Of a stretch of 58,792 bases of DNA, positions 1-12,725 are shown one piece after another. This DNA is from Chiloscyllium plagiosum (Eukaryota). The stretch lies in contig NC_057719.1 in NCBI RefSeq assembly GCF_004010195.1, positions 75,532,866 through 75,591,657 on the forward strand. Direction: 5' to 3'. Numbering within the stretch: the stretch's first letter is position 1; the number at the start of each line of letters is the position of its first letter. The notes under the pieces were generated by a model, which saw nothing but the letters and a program-made list of their open reading frames with translations, did not search any database and was not told the origin of the DNA. A program made the position numbers and the translations under genes.

Positions 1-1084
1 TGTAAATTTTCACTGGGACTGGAACTGAGGGATGTTGGAAGGAAAGTGTCAATTGTTGTGTTATACTGTATTTAGGGAATTGGTTGACTTTAATTCTGCA
101 ACATTTCCCATTTAGACTGAGTACGACTAACTGAACCAATGTTTGTTTGCAAAAACCTCGTTGGTTTATGGCTAGAATCACAGTGTCGTAGAGTGTCTGA
201 TCAGAGCGTGTTGCCTTCCTAAGAACTAGGATATAATGTGGTGTCACATGGTGCATAGTAAGAGATCTTTGTATAGTGGTATACACAATCCTTAAATAGA
301 GGATTCTGTTCTAGTGGTCTGAGGATTCTGTTCAGTACCTGTGATTTATTAATATTTACCTAGATATTAAATGGTTAATGTTCACTTCAGACACAGGGAA
401 TGTACGGTTCATTTCTGGGATTGGCACTAAATCAGAGTGGAAAATTCACGTAATACATTGTTATGAGTATCCCTGTTTTAATATAACAACATTTCTGATA
501 ACTTCATGTATGCATGCAAAGAGCCATTTGACTGTATACCTTGAATTTGCAGTTCTGTTGTGCAGGGACCCGATGTCAGTTATTTCAGTAAGAGATTTCA
601 GAATAATTGGTTAATGCAGAGAGCAGAACTCATGTTCAAAGAAGCTGAAATAAGTGCATGACTTGGAAACCAGAGAGTGTTTACTCTAATGCTTTCTCTT
701 CTAATTATTTACACGGAACTGTAGCTGATTGAATGAAGATATCGACCCGAATCCACTACTATAAGAGCAAATTGTGTGGAACCAATTCATTATTCCCATT
801 TGATAATTAGTCCCATTTGAATTTAAAACAATACTTGCATTAGCTAATAGGACATTACAACTCTACACACAATTCTGAGAATGACAGAAACCACATTTAC
901 AAATGTATTCTGTTGAAAGGTTTGCATAGCATGCTCTTATTAAGAATAGAAAATCAAGAATTTGGTAATGTGATTCAAACGATTGCTTTAATTAATTTTA
1001 TTTTCACAATGAATAGGAATGTTGATTTTTTTTTTGAGTTCCCATAAGAAGTACATAATTCAGTTGAAACTGATCACAAAGTTT

Positions 1085-1371
1085 GGGGTGGCACAGTGGT
1101 TAGCACTGTTGCCTCACAGTGCCAGGGACTTGGGTTCAGTTCCAGCCTCAGGTGACTTTCTGTGTGGAGTTTGTACATTCTCTGCATGTCTGCGTGGGTT
1201 TCCTCCCACAGTCCAAAGATGTGCAGGTCAGGTAAATTGGCTATGCTACATTGCTCATAGTGTTAGCTGCATCATTCAGAGGGAAATGGGTCTGGGTGGG
1301 TTACATTTCAGAGGGTTGGTGTGGACTTGTTGGGCCGAAGGGCCTATTTCCACACTTTAGGGAATCTAATC
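1085..1371 (+). mobile_element. HE1-like V-SINE (tRNA-derived)
   Basis: A box (ggcacagtggttagc), B box (ggttcagttcc), V-domain tgtgtggagtttgtacattctc, CR1-like 3' tail gggccgaagggcctatttcc. Confidence 0.85.
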
Positions 1372-2089
1372 ATACTTTAATGATGAACAATTTCTGTAGC
1401 ACTTTATCTCATTATCACATCTCACTTGGGATAGTGTGCTGGAAATTAATCCCTCCTATCCCCCAAATCACTATCAAAGTTAAAGATTTTAAACTAAGCT
1501 CACAAAATTCCCCAATTTGCTTGATTTTCAGACCTAGGATGATAGCACAGACCAGGTTTCTATATTTAATAAGAGTTGCTATTTATTACAAAAAATTAGA
1601 CTCAGGCTGCAGGTAAACAGTAACATAACACCACAAATTACAACTCTGATCTTCTGACAAACACCTCTTTGCACACAGACAGGAAAACAACAGGGAGAAA
1701 TAGGATATTGTTGGATAAAGGACTGGAAAGCAGTTCAGTGGGTCCTAACATGGGTTGCTGAGCTGATCCATATGATTTCTATCCTGGCCAGAATGTTGTT
1801 TTTCAATCATCCTTCTCCAGATGCATCAACTGGTTTGCAAGAGACACAAGGGGTTTGGTTTGCTTATAAAAGGTCTCTGACTTATCAGTGAAAATTCACA
1901 CTTTACAACAGCTGTTGAGGGGCAGGTTAACTGGGCTTCTTTAATTAAGAAGTCCCAATCTTTACACTCATTCAAATATCTCAAATTATTGCATGCACCG
2001 TAAATTATACATGAGATGCTATGACCATTACTTAAAATATGGCTGCCCTTTGATATAAAACTTCTCCCCAACAACCACAAAACCAAGGT

Positions 2090-2715
2090 CTACCTCATCT
2101 GTTTTTGTTCATGGGTAAGCTGTGGTGGGTCCTGCCCTCTTACATGGCTCTGAGACGTGGACTGTCTACAGGAGTTACCTAAAGGTGTTGGAGCAGTACC
2201 GCCAACTTTCGTAAGATCCTGCATATCCCCTGGACACCAGCATTGTCGGCCAGGCCAACATCCCCAGCATTGAGGCACTAACCCCACCTTGATCATCTGC
2301 GATGGGTTGGGTACGTCATCCTCATTACTGACATGAGGCTCCCCACGCAGGTGCTCTACTCGCTGCTCTAGAATGGCAGGGGAGCCCCAGGTGGACAGAG
2401 GAACCGGTTCGATGATACCCTCACTCACAAAGTGCAGCATTCCGGCAGACACTTGGGAATCACTGGGCCAAGACCATCCAAACTGCAGGAGGTGCATCCA
2501 GAAAGGTGTGGAGCACCTTGATACTCGCCCAGAAAGTGGAATCCAGACAAAGATAGCGAAAGGAGTGTGCTGTCAGACCAATACCCACTCACTCCTTCCT
2601 GTGACCACCTTCTGTCTCAAGTGTAACAGAGCATCGGTCTGTACAGCCACCTACAGACTCTCTCTGAGAGTGGAAGAGAATCATCCTCATCTGCAAGGGA
2701 GCCCTGATGATTTTG
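2090..2715 (+). mobile_element. RTE-clade LINE, decayed 3' part
   Basis: Frameshifted translation gives PALLHGSETWTVYR, QANIPSIEAL, LRWVGYV, RLPTQVLYS, GGQRNRF and CSIPADTWESLGQD, typical of the RTE ORF C-terminus. Confidence 0.8.
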
Positions 2716-2889
2716 TTCACTTAAAGAGGAGAGTATTCTCACTGGAACACAAAGAGAACTTCCAGCTTTTCGATAGTACCCCGGGATCTTTAAGATCTAT
2801 CATCATTGCCAAGATAGATGTAAATGAGCTAACATCCTTTATTGTCAGGAATGAGTCAAAGGTAACAAAATCTAAAATTGATCACTGTG

Positions 2890-3245
2890 TATAAGTGTTG
2901 CCTTGAGTCAGAGAATGTGGAGCCCTGCATACAGGTCCCTGATGATCTGTATTTCTGTGCATTACTAAGGGGAGGCTGCAATGTCAGGTGAGGCTTTTAC
3001 AAAGGTCTCCTCCTCAGATGGCCTTTAAAATATCCCATGATGCTCTTTAATCAACCACAGGAAGTTTTCCTGTTTTTTTTTTGGCGGGCATTCTTCCCTA
3101 AGCCAGTTCAATCCCATTTGCTTCGTGCAGAAATTGGTTGCTGTGTTTGCTCACCGTGCTTCAAAATTCATACTCAACTTTAAAAGTGCTTTGGGACATT
3201 CTGAAAAGTAATAAGTCTTAATATAAACACAAGGTCATTCTTTGT
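2890..3245 (+). mobile_element. Deu-domain SINE (SacSINE1/AmnSINE1-like), highly decayed
   Basis: Motifs ctcagatggcctttaaaatatcccatg, gcagaaattggttgctgtgttt and aaagtgctttgggacattctga, then an L2-like tail. Confidence 0.55.
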
Positions 3246-4149
3246 TGATACAACAGAACTATTGGTCCCTTGGTTGGTGGGGCAATTTACACACATAGGG
3301 ATATTTTGGCAGATTCAGTTTGAATGAAATTGACTTCACATTATAACAGTTAAAGGCATACTTTAAGAGCTAATCCTTTCAATCTGATTCTCTGCCTGTC
3401 AACGGTATATTATTTCAAAATCAGCACCACACCTCTACTCCCTTATCCTCTTCTTTGCTTCATTCAGTTAACAATCACTTAGTATGGCTCAAATGAAATA
3501 AATTGCCCCATCTCACATGATGAGGTGGTCTTGGTCAGGTTGGGCATTGCTATCCTGCAAAATGAACTTTGCTGTTCATACAACAACCTGTATTTATATA
3601 GCACCTTTAATGTCACGTAATATTCCAAGGCTTTGCTAAGGACCACAATAGAACAATATTGAAAAACTTCAATGGTTCCAGTGAAGAATCCTTGACAAAA
3701 AAAATCAATGTCCCCTACCCCCTGCAATGGATTCAAGACTTTCAGCATCAATTCAGCAGACTAAAAAATGTTGGGATCCAAATGATAGGTCAGGTTGGCT
3801 ATCCCTCACTGGATATGCTCCTAGGGTGAATAGCAGGGTTGTGTAATTTCTAGATATTGCACTGTTCTAATCTTTCTATCCAGTCAGGAATATATATTGG
3901 GTAAGCTACAAATCCAGCTATTTATTTCAAAGAGAAGCCAGTGGGATGGCCAGATGAAAGCATCCACAAGACAGGTCCTTAGACAATGGTCAATTAGTTA
4001 GCTTTTGCCGTAGAAGCGTGGATATTTGGTTTGATAAAGTTAGCTTGGAGTGCTGGCTGTAGAATGGGGACTTTGGTTGAGTGATCATCGGAACTGTGAT
4101 CAGAAATGGCAATCACAGACTTTCTACCTGAAAAAGAGATGTTTTGTTT

Positions 4150-4570
4150 GCCTCCTTACTTCCTACTTACTGGCCTCCTCCTCCCCCTTCCTGTTAATAT
4201 TCCTCCTCCTTAGCTACTCGCCATATCCCAAATCTTCACCGATGGCAAGCTGATGCAGGCGACAATAGGACACATGCTCTAGTGAGTACTGTGATGCATC
4301 TCTAGAGCAGCCTTGATAACAGTACTGTTGACATGACTGCCGCCTGGGCACCCAGTATTCGGCTGCCTGATGGACTGAGCAAGGCTGTGCACAGAATACA
4401 CATTCAGCAAGTGGTGACTTTTGCAATTGTGGCACATCTCTGCATTTAGATGCAGCAGCTGCAAAGCTATGTGTGTGGAGTTAGTGGCACCCTGCACTCA
4501 GGGGTGAGCTTGTTTTCGGAGGAAAGCTGCATGAATTCAGCACCTTCATCTTTCACATCAGACACAATAG
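4150..4570 (-). pseudogene. PIF/Harbinger transposase (HARBI1-like DDE) fossil
   Basis: Minus-strand VQGATNSTHIAL...CHNCKSHHLLNV...GCPGGSH and CRLHQLAI resemble the Harbinger motifs GAIDCTHI, NRKGYHSLNVQ, PGSSHD and CC.LHN.AI. Confidence 0.6.
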
Positions 4571-5200
4571 CTTCCTTCTCCTGGGATGAAAAATATTAGC
4601 CCCCTCCTTTACAGCAATGGATTGCAAACTACTCTTGTTTCTTTTGGTTCTTTTTGAAAGTGTTATGAAAGTTGCACTGAAAGCTCATTTTGACACAGCA
4701 CTGATAAATGCTAAGTTTGAGGATGCATCCTGAACAGTATTTATTTTTCGGACGTTATGTTGATGGACATTATCAATTAATTTTAGACTTCTACTTAAGC
4801 CGCTACAAACATAACTACTCGCAGGTCAGGGAGAGTGAGACAAGATACATGCTAACATCTGTCATTTTCTTGAAGATATACCTGAGGTTGGAGTTTTGTG
4901 TCTGGATTTAAATGGTAGCAGAGACTACAGGACATTGGAGTCCTTTACGGTGCCATAAAACATGTCATTTCCATCCTGAAATTATTCCTTCAAGCAGCAG
5001 TTGGGTATATTACAATGGGTCTTAAAGGTGAGTTATAATGCTGGCTGTCACTTTCAAATTCAGTTCAACATGTGTAAATTTAGCTTTTGCCAACTTACCC
5101 TCATCTATTTTATACGTAACTGCTTTTCAATATTATTCTCATTATTTCATATCTCCACATGAACATGCATCAACTCCAACCTCAAATAGAAAAGCTCTTT

Positions 5201-5530
5201 GGGTGGCATGGTGGCTCAGTGGTTAGCACTGCTGTCTCACAGCGTCAGGTACCCAGGTTTGATTCCAGCCTCGGGCAGCTGTCTGTGTGGAGTTTGCACA
5301 TTCTCTGTGTGGGTTATTTCTAGGTGCTCTGTGGGTTTCCTCCCACAGTCGCAAGACATGCAGGTTAGGTGATTTGTCCCTAGTGTTCAGGGATATGTAG
5401 GTTAGGTGCATTAGTCAGGGGTAAATGTAGAGTAATAGGGTATGAAAATGGGTCTGGGTGGGATACTCTTTGGAGCGTCAGTGTGGACTTGTTGGGCCAA
5501 AGGGCCTGTTTCCATACTGTAGGGATTCTG
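5201..5530 (+). mobile_element. HE1-like V-SINE
   Basis: tRNA head ggtggctcagtggttagcactgctg, V-domain, CR1-like tail. Confidence 0.85.
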
Positions 5531-5834
5531 TGTGATGACTTATCCTCTGCACATCAGACACCTTTACAGAGGATTGCTAAGAAACTGTCCACTCTTGCCA
5601 GATTTATAAATTTTGTTCTGTCGCCTTGCGCTCAGCAGGAACTCAATTAAGAAAATGCAAGCAAGGTTTCATTAAAGTCTTAAGCCACCTGAAGGTAAAA
5701 GTTTCAACTCATTACTTTGGATCGAGACTCCTAGGTGACAGGGACACGGTGCTTACTCAACTGTATATCCTAATTCCGCATGACTATACGATTGCTAGTA
5801 ACATAATTTGTCATCTTGCTTGATCTCTGGCAAT

Positions 5835-6200
5835 GAAACGCATTTATAAAGTGTTGTTCATGTTATCACAGAAAGCCAAATCATTATTTTTCACTTATTT
5901 ATATCATTGATCTGTAGTGTTATTCTTGGGGCAAATACTCGGGGATAAATTGTACATTGCGTAGTTCACAAACAGCAATAGAATCTCAAATCACATAATC
6001 TGTTTTGTGTGTGTTGGGGAAAGGTTGACCAGGATACTGAGAGAATTTCCTTGCTCTTCATTGAATAGGGCCATGGAATTTGTGGCCTTAGTGGAAGACC
6101 AGCCCTTTGTTTTAACTTCTCACCTGAGAGCCAAATAGTTTAACCTTCCTCACTGCTCTGTGCTTGTTGAGGTACAGCCCTTGTTCAAATCCCTCCTGCC
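5835..6200 (-). mobile_element. Deu-domain SINE, decayed
   Basis: Reverse complement of Deu motifs: cacaaacagcaat, gaccaggatactgagagaatttccttgctcttc, ggccatggaattt. Confidence 0.5.
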
Positions 6201-6476
6201 TTTAGTTTGACTTCAGTGGCCCAGGATCCAGAAGTTCTCCTGCACCATTGCTTCAATTTAACCTGAATCCACTACCTGTATCCTCACTGTTGTGTGTATG
6301 CCATTGGGACTGGACACAGTTTATTACTTCTGATTCTGGATATTTAACTTCTTCAGCTTGAAGGATGGAATGAGCTATTCCCTGCTCCTATTTTCTCTGT
6401 TTCCTATTGCTTCTGAAACTCAACTGTTCAAACTCAGTGCTTTCCCTCCATAGGCTGTTGATTACAACTAGGACCT

Positions 6477-6536
6477 GGGTTCAGTGGTTAGCATCACTGT
6501 CTCATAGTGACCCCAGGTTCGATTGCGCCCTCAGTT
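6477..6536 (+). mobile_element. HE1-like SINE 5' part, interrupted by a CR1 insertion
   Basis: ttcagtggttagcatcactgtctcatagtgaccccaggttcgatt; the element resumes at about 7341. Confidence 0.65.
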
Positions 6537-6537
6537 C

Positions 6538-7336
6538 AGGCCCTTCGGCCCTCAGTGTTTCGCCAACCCATGGAGCCAATCTGAAGCCCATCTATCCTAC
6601 ATTATTCCATTTTCATCGATATGTTTATCCAATGACCATTTAAATGCCCTTAAAGTTGGCGAGTCTACTACTGTTGCAGGCAGTGCATTCCATATCCCTA
6701 CTACTCATTGAGTAAAGAACCTACCTCTAACATCTGTCCTATAACTATCACCCCTCAATTTAAAGCTATTGTCCCCTCATGCTCGCCATCACTATCTGAG
6801 GGAAAAGGCTCTCTCTGTCCAACCTATCTGATCCTCTGATTATCTCATATGTCTCAACTAAGTCTCCTCTCAATCTTCTTCTCTAATGAAAACAGCCTCA
6901 AGTCCCCTCAGCCTTTCCTTGTAAGACCTTCCCTCCCTACCAGGCAACATCCTAGCAAATCTCCTCTAACCCATTTCCATAGCTTCTACATCCTTCCTAT
7001 AATGTGGCGACCAGAACTGTACGCAATACACCAAGTGTGGCCGCACCAGAGTTTTGTACTATGCAACATGACCTCATGGCTCAGAAACTCCATCCCTCTA
7101 CTAATAAAAACTAACACAGTGTATGCCTTCTTAGCAACCCTATTAACCTGGGTGGCGATTTTCAGGCATCTATATACATGGACACCGAAATCTCTCTGCT
7201 CATCTACACTACCAAGAATCTTACTATTAGCTGAGTACTCCTTATTCCTGTTGCTCCTTCCAAAGTGAATCAGCTCACACTTTTCCGCATTAAACTCCAT
7301 TTGTCACCTCTCAGCCCAGCTTTGCAGCTTATCTGT
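6538..7336 (-). mobile_element. CR1 LINE 3' fragment
   Basis: ORF 6986-7300 MEFNAEKCELIHFGRSN...DEQRDFGVHV; 3' UTR end near 6540. Confidence 0.85.
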
Positions 7337-7340
7337 CCTT

Positions 7341-7512
7341 CTGTTTCCTCTTGCAGTCCAAAGATGTTCAGGTTAGGTAGATTAGCCATGGCAAATGTGG
7401 AGCTACGAGGATAGTGTGTGGGTGCTGGGTCTGAGTGGGATAATGTTGGAGGATTGGTGCAGAATCTCTGGGCCAAATGGCCTCTTTCCACACTGTATGG
7501 ATTCTATGATTT
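7341..7512 (+). mobile_element. HE1-like SINE 3' part
   Basis: cagtccaaagatgttcaggttaggtagattagccatg...gggccaaatggcct...ggattctatga. Confidence 0.7.
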
Positions 7513-8269
7513 CTGATTGTTCCTCTCCCTACCATACACTGATCTGCACCCTCCCAGAGCCATCCTACACTTTGGCGCCAGATGGGCAATATGCCATGCT
7601 GGATGCTGTGCATGTTTCTGTACCCCCCCATCTGTGACTATTGGATCCAAAATAGCCAGCACCTTGCTACATTTTCCTGTAACCACCAACACCAAGTCTA
7701 ATAGAAGGAAGGCACACCAGCTGGGAGATGGTGCTTCCCCTGGCCATGGAGGACATGATGGTGGACATCACATCACGACAGGCAATTGCTGATAGTGAAG
7801 CTAGGGTTGGGGGAACCAAGTGTGTAACTATTGGATAGTTTTGGGTGAAGGGCATGATGCCAGTGGGTGCTCTGGCTCATAGACTGCGATCAGCAGTGGG
7901 GTTGGTCATGCCACAGCACTGGCAGAGTTGTCCATGTTCACATCCTCTTGTCGCTAGAGCTGGGGCTGCAGACTGGCACACACCAGCCTGGCTGGCTTGC
8001 TCGGCTAGGAAGGAGAGGGAGTGTGGGAAACATTGGACAGAGGAAACACTGGACAGAAGAAGCACCATCACAACCCACCACAGCCCCTGGCACCAGCTCA
8101 GACATGTTCACCCCACTGGTGCCTAAATCCAAGCGAGCGGGCAGAACCGAGCGAACTTGACGTGACCAGTGAGCATGGGGAGGTGAGGGAGGGAGATTGA
8201 ACTCATGCCAAAACTGGGAGAGCTGTCTCACGGACTAGTCAAGCAACAGCCTGGCCCTGTCATTGGAAT

Positions 8270-9200
8270 TTTACCTTACAGACAATGATTATGACACAAC
8301 CACCACTGTGCCATCATCAGTAATGGCAGCACAGGGGTGCACAATTGGGAGGGAATTGCCCTGGGAGTAATCAATATTGATCTCAGATCCTGTGAAGTCT
8401 TGTGACATCAGTTCAGACACGGTCAAAGAAACCTCCTGCTGGTTATCATCTACTGCTCCCCCTTGGCTGACCAGTCAGTGCTCCTCCATGTTGGTCACCA
8501 CTTGGAAGGAGCACTGAGAGTGGCAAGGGCACAACATGTGGACAACCTCAATATCTGCTGCCAAGCGTAGCTGGCAGCACCACTACTGACTGAGATGGTC
8601 ATATCCTAAAGAACGTCGCTACTAGACTGCATCTGCCATGGGTTAGTTCAGGAACCAACAAGAAGGAATGAATACATGACCTCATCTTCACCAGTCCAAC
8701 TGCTGGAGATGCGTCTATCCATGATAGTATCAGTAAAAGTGACAACTGCACAATCCTTGTGAAGATGATTGAGAATACCCTCCATCATATTGTGTAAACT
8801 GTCATTGTGCTGAATGGAACAGACTTTGAACAGATCCAGCAACTCAAACCTGGCATCCATGAGATGCTCTGGACCAATGAATTGCATTGAACCACAATCT
8901 ACAAACTCATGGCCTGGCATATATCCCACTCTCCAGTTACCATCAAGGTATGGGATCAACTTTGGCTCAGTGAAGAAAACAGGAACAGAGGCAGCACCAG
9001 CCGTAAGTAACATTGAGGTACAACCTGGTGGATTTACAACATGGGACAGTGGAAGCACCATGCAGTAAGCAGGGATCCAGAACCCCACAAGCAACAGATC
9101 AGATCTAAGCTTTGCAGGACTACCACATCCAGTCATGAACGCTGGTGGGCAATTAAAGAGCAAACAAATAGTGGAGGTTCCACAAACATCACTGCTCTGG
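8270..9200 (+). mobile_element. Non-LTR retrotransposon, decayed APE endonuclease region
   Basis: Translates to EGIALGVINID, HGQRNLLLVIIYCSP, VLLHVGHHLEGALRVARAQ, EPTR and DLIFTS; many stops and frameshifts. Confidence 0.7.
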
Positions 9201-9339
9201 TCTATGATGGAAGGATTCCCAACCAGCAGTCAGCCCACACTGATTAATCGGTTGACTAGGCAATTATTTGACCATCTTAGGGCCTCAATTGGTGGCGGGC
9301 CAGGAAGCTGGATCTTGCACCTTTCCTCCCAGAACTATA

Positions 9340-9585
9340 CTCGGGTAGAGGCAGGAAGGTGACTGCCATCTTGCCTGCCATCATCGCACCTAATGAATCA
9401 CTTCCTGCCTTCGCTGGGGTTGCAGGATTCCATCTTACACTCTGGAAATCACTCCCTAAACATTTCTCCCTTCCCCTGGAAAAGCCTAAAAGCATTCTAT
9501 CGACTGCCTTGTTTGTCTTGTCTGTGAAATTCTTGGCCATGTTTTCCTCCTCTGAAGGTGCTAAATAAATGCAAATTGATGTTGG
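9340..9585 (+). mobile_element. L2-like LINE 3' end, decayed
   Basis: ctctggaaatcactccctaaac (LWNSLP-like) and terminal aaggtgctaaataaatgcaaattgatgttg. Confidence 0.5.
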
Positions 9586-10249
9586 TTAAAGCTCATCTCT
9601 CAGACATATTATCGTGTTTGTTGAACATTGGTGTTGAGTTTAAAATGAAATAACACTTTGTGTACAATCAGTACAAGATTTTCTTCTGCACCAGGGGTTT
9701 TCACCACTTTGGCTACATCTTATAACCTGCCATCAGAGGATGAAGTCTGCAGCAGTTGTGGAGTGGAGTGAGTGCCAGAATTAGCAGAGGCAGAGATTTG
9801 AACTCTATTGCCTTTGTACTAAAGTGCTGTGCCAACTTGTCTGAGGTAAAATGGCCTTTCTTGTTGTTTCCATAACAACACTTGCTTGTTGATTTATCAC
9901 AATTATCACCATTTACAATTACCCTAGTAGGGAAAGGATGCAAATTCTTCTGTTTATCCTCAGTTTAACACGTCAAGAAGCATTGATGTTTATAACCATG
10001 TTTGGAGATGCTGTATTTAAATATATTTGCATAATTCAATATATTTGCATAATCTTGTCAATGTTGGTGCTTTTTGTTCTCTCCTGGACTCCACACTAGA
10101 ATCCCCCATTCAAATCCCCCTCACAGTTTCTTTGTTATTAAATTTAAGAATCTCATTCAATGAATCATTGATGTTTTTAAAGATGTATTGAAGTGTTTTG
10201 ATGTGTGTGCTAGCCATTGGAGCTGAGCATTAAGCCCTATTGTAATTGT

Positions 10250-10995
10250 TTTACTATTGGGACATTGCATTTCTTTGATTGGGCCTCTGTCAACTCTTTC
10301 ATAGCGCTGTTCAGTTCATCTGTGCAATGTAGCCAAGGTCATCATCACTGGCTTCTCTTGCATCATTGTCTCTGGTGTCCTCCAAGAATTTACCTCTTGA
10401 CTTCTTCCTGTTTCTCATTCCCAGGCTGCCCCTCACTGACATCATTCCAACAGCACAGCATCAGTAACCACATGCTCGCTGTGGATACCCAGCCCTACTT
10501 CACTGCCACCCCCACCACTCCTGACCCCTCCACTGGGTCTAAGTGATTGGACTCAGGTTGATTCACTCCCTCCAGCTAATTGTTGGGAAGACCCCAAAGC
10601 CATTGCCTTCCACCACCCCCCGCCTCAGGCCCTACTACTGAGCCACCAACTCCCTCAGAGGCTGTGGGCCTGGGAAGTCCACATTCAATCAATCAATAGA
10701 AACAACAGCTGCCCACATTCTATTTTGTGTGACCTTGAGATCTTCCAAAATTGGAGCCTATGCCTGAACCTGCACCAAATCCTGTTCCGCTGTGCTCTCT
10801 GACTTACATTGGCTTCAGGTTAAGCAAGGCCTCAATTTCTAAATTCTTGTCCTTGTTTTCAAATCCTGCCCTTGTATGTTGTCTCCTTACCCTCTGTAAT
10901 GTTCTTCAGCCTCACAGCTATCCGGGGTTTTCACACCTGTCTAATTCTAGCTTCTGGAGCATTCCCAATTGTAATCACTCAACCATTGGTTTTAT
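10250..10995 (+). mobile_element. L2-clade LINE RT remnant
   Basis: GVLQE (GVPQG-like) and HSISNHMLAVDTQPY (HMYADDTQLY-like); downstream LHWL and FKILIL-like segments. Confidence 0.6.
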
Positions 10996-11039
10996 TTGAC
11001 TTGATTTATTATTGTCATGTGTAGCTTGGTACAGCTGGC

Positions 11040-11150
11040 CTCTGGAGCATCTTCCTTCCCACCTATCAGCTCTATCCTCCCCTCCGACCTATCACCATCA
11101 CCCCCCACCGGCATCTACCTATCGCATTCCCCAGCCCCACCCCCACCTTG
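11040..11150 (+). mobile_element. Penelope-like pLTR internal fragment (pyrimidine-rich)
   Basis: cccctccgacctatcaccatcaccccc...ctacctatcgcattcccc matches the reverse complement of about 51945-52000. Confidence 0.55.
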
Positions 11151-11169
11151 ATGTGAATGCACTGGAGAG

Positions 11170-11480
11170 AGAATACATTGGGTAACACTGTTTTTGTTTA
11201 TGAAGGGTACAAGAATGGGAGGACATCAATGTAAAGTGATGCGCAAACGAAACAAGGTCAATGTGAGAAAAATCTTTTCCACTTAGTGAGATGTTAGGTA
11301 ATGGAAAGCACTGTTTGTGCGTGTGGTGGAGATAGCTTTATTTTAGGCATTCAAGATGTATAGCATGTTTTTTTTGGATAGTGTGCAGGGATACAGGGAA
11401 AGGGCAGGAAATTGGCACTAGATAATATAGGTATATGGGCTAAATAGCCTGTTTCTGCACTGTAATAATTCTATGATTCT
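11170..11480 (+). mobile_element. CR1 3' end, decayed
   Basis: gagaaaaatcttttccacttagtgag...tggaaagcactg...gggctaaatagcctgtttctgcactgt. Confidence 0.6.
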
Positions 11481-11921
11481 GCAAACATAACTGGATTCAC
11501 TCATCTCTGGTATCACTTGAGTAAATCTCCTCTGCACTCTCACCAGGATTTTGACATCCTTCCTAAAGCAGGGTTTTCTTACACTTGAGCTTAGACAAAG
11601 GATAGTCTTTTGAGATCAACCCTTTCTGTTTAAAATATGTTCCCCAGTGGTTTTATCTTCTTTAAGTCAATACTGCTTCCTGCACATTGAGGTACCAGTT
11701 TGGAGTGTCTCAGGCTGTGAGTGTCTGCTCTACCTACACTGTCGCTGAAGCTGCTTGCTCCTTATCACTAAATGATGTGCTTCAGTATTTTTGTAACACT
11801 CAATAATTTACATCTGTACACAACAGGTTATCAGAGATAGCTGTCTAGAGTAGAGTCTCTCTTTACGTGCTCACTCTAGACTGATGTCTACTCACTTGTT
11901 AATACCAAAATTATGTGATTC

Positions 11922-12420
11922 AGGGAGACAGTACTATGGTGGTACTGTCACTGGACCAGTCCAATACTATGGGGGGACATCAATTCAACGCTTACTATGG
12001 CATCTAGTGGAATTTAGATTGAATTAATGTCTCTGGAAATAGAAGCCACTGTAATGCTGACCAGGCTGTTTCATTTGATGTTTATAACCTTGCACAACAC
12101 GCATCTGCCAATCATAATTGTGTGGGGGTTTCTTTAAGATTCAAGATGTCTGCTTGAAAAAGCTTTGCCTGTGCTCGTGATCCAGGCTGGAAGACAGACT
12201 GGAAATAACTGTCAATTTGTCATAAAAACCCATCTGCTTCACTAGTGTCCTTTTGGGAATGATGTTTGCCTACCTTACCTGTTCTGGCTTTTATGTGACT
12301 CCAAACTCATAGCAGTGCAGTTGACTCCTAACTGTCCTCTGTAATGGCCCGAGCTAAACAATCAGTCTGAGGATACTGAGGAATAAGCAACAAATGTTGA
12401 CCTTTATTTCAAAGTCTAAA
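11922..12420 (+). mobile_element. tRNA-derived SINE family 2, carrying a 133-bp foreign insert
   Basis: Same family as 27330, 36166 and 42642 (aaaacccatctg.ttcacta.tgtcc; gtgactcca). Confidence 0.7.
12069..12201 (+). repeat. 133-bp direct repeat, copy 1 of 13444-13576
   Basis: Near-identical sequence tttcatttg...ggaagacagactg. Confidence 0.9.
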
Positions 12421-12459
12421 CCATCTTGTTAAAAATATACAACCTGTAGTCAGACAACA

Positions 12460-12725
12460 GCAGGAATACTGTAACCAATTTTGCTCCCCTTATCTAAGGA
12501 AAGGTATATTGGCATTGGAGATTGTTCAGTGAAGGTTCAGTAGGTTTGTCCCAGATATGGATGGACTGTTTTGTGAGGTGAGATTGAAGAGGTTGGTTCT
12601 GTACTCGTTGGAGTTTAGAAGAATAAGAGGAGACCTTATTGAAACATTTAGGAGTTTAGTGGATTTGACAGGTGGACATGGAGAATTTGTTTCTCCTTGT
12701 TGGATTGTCTAGGACCAGAGGAAAA
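12460..12725 (+). mobile_element. CR1 fragment, decayed
   Basis: tatctaaggaaagg...gaaggttcagtagg...gagtttagaagaataagaggagaccttattgaaac. Confidence 0.7.
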
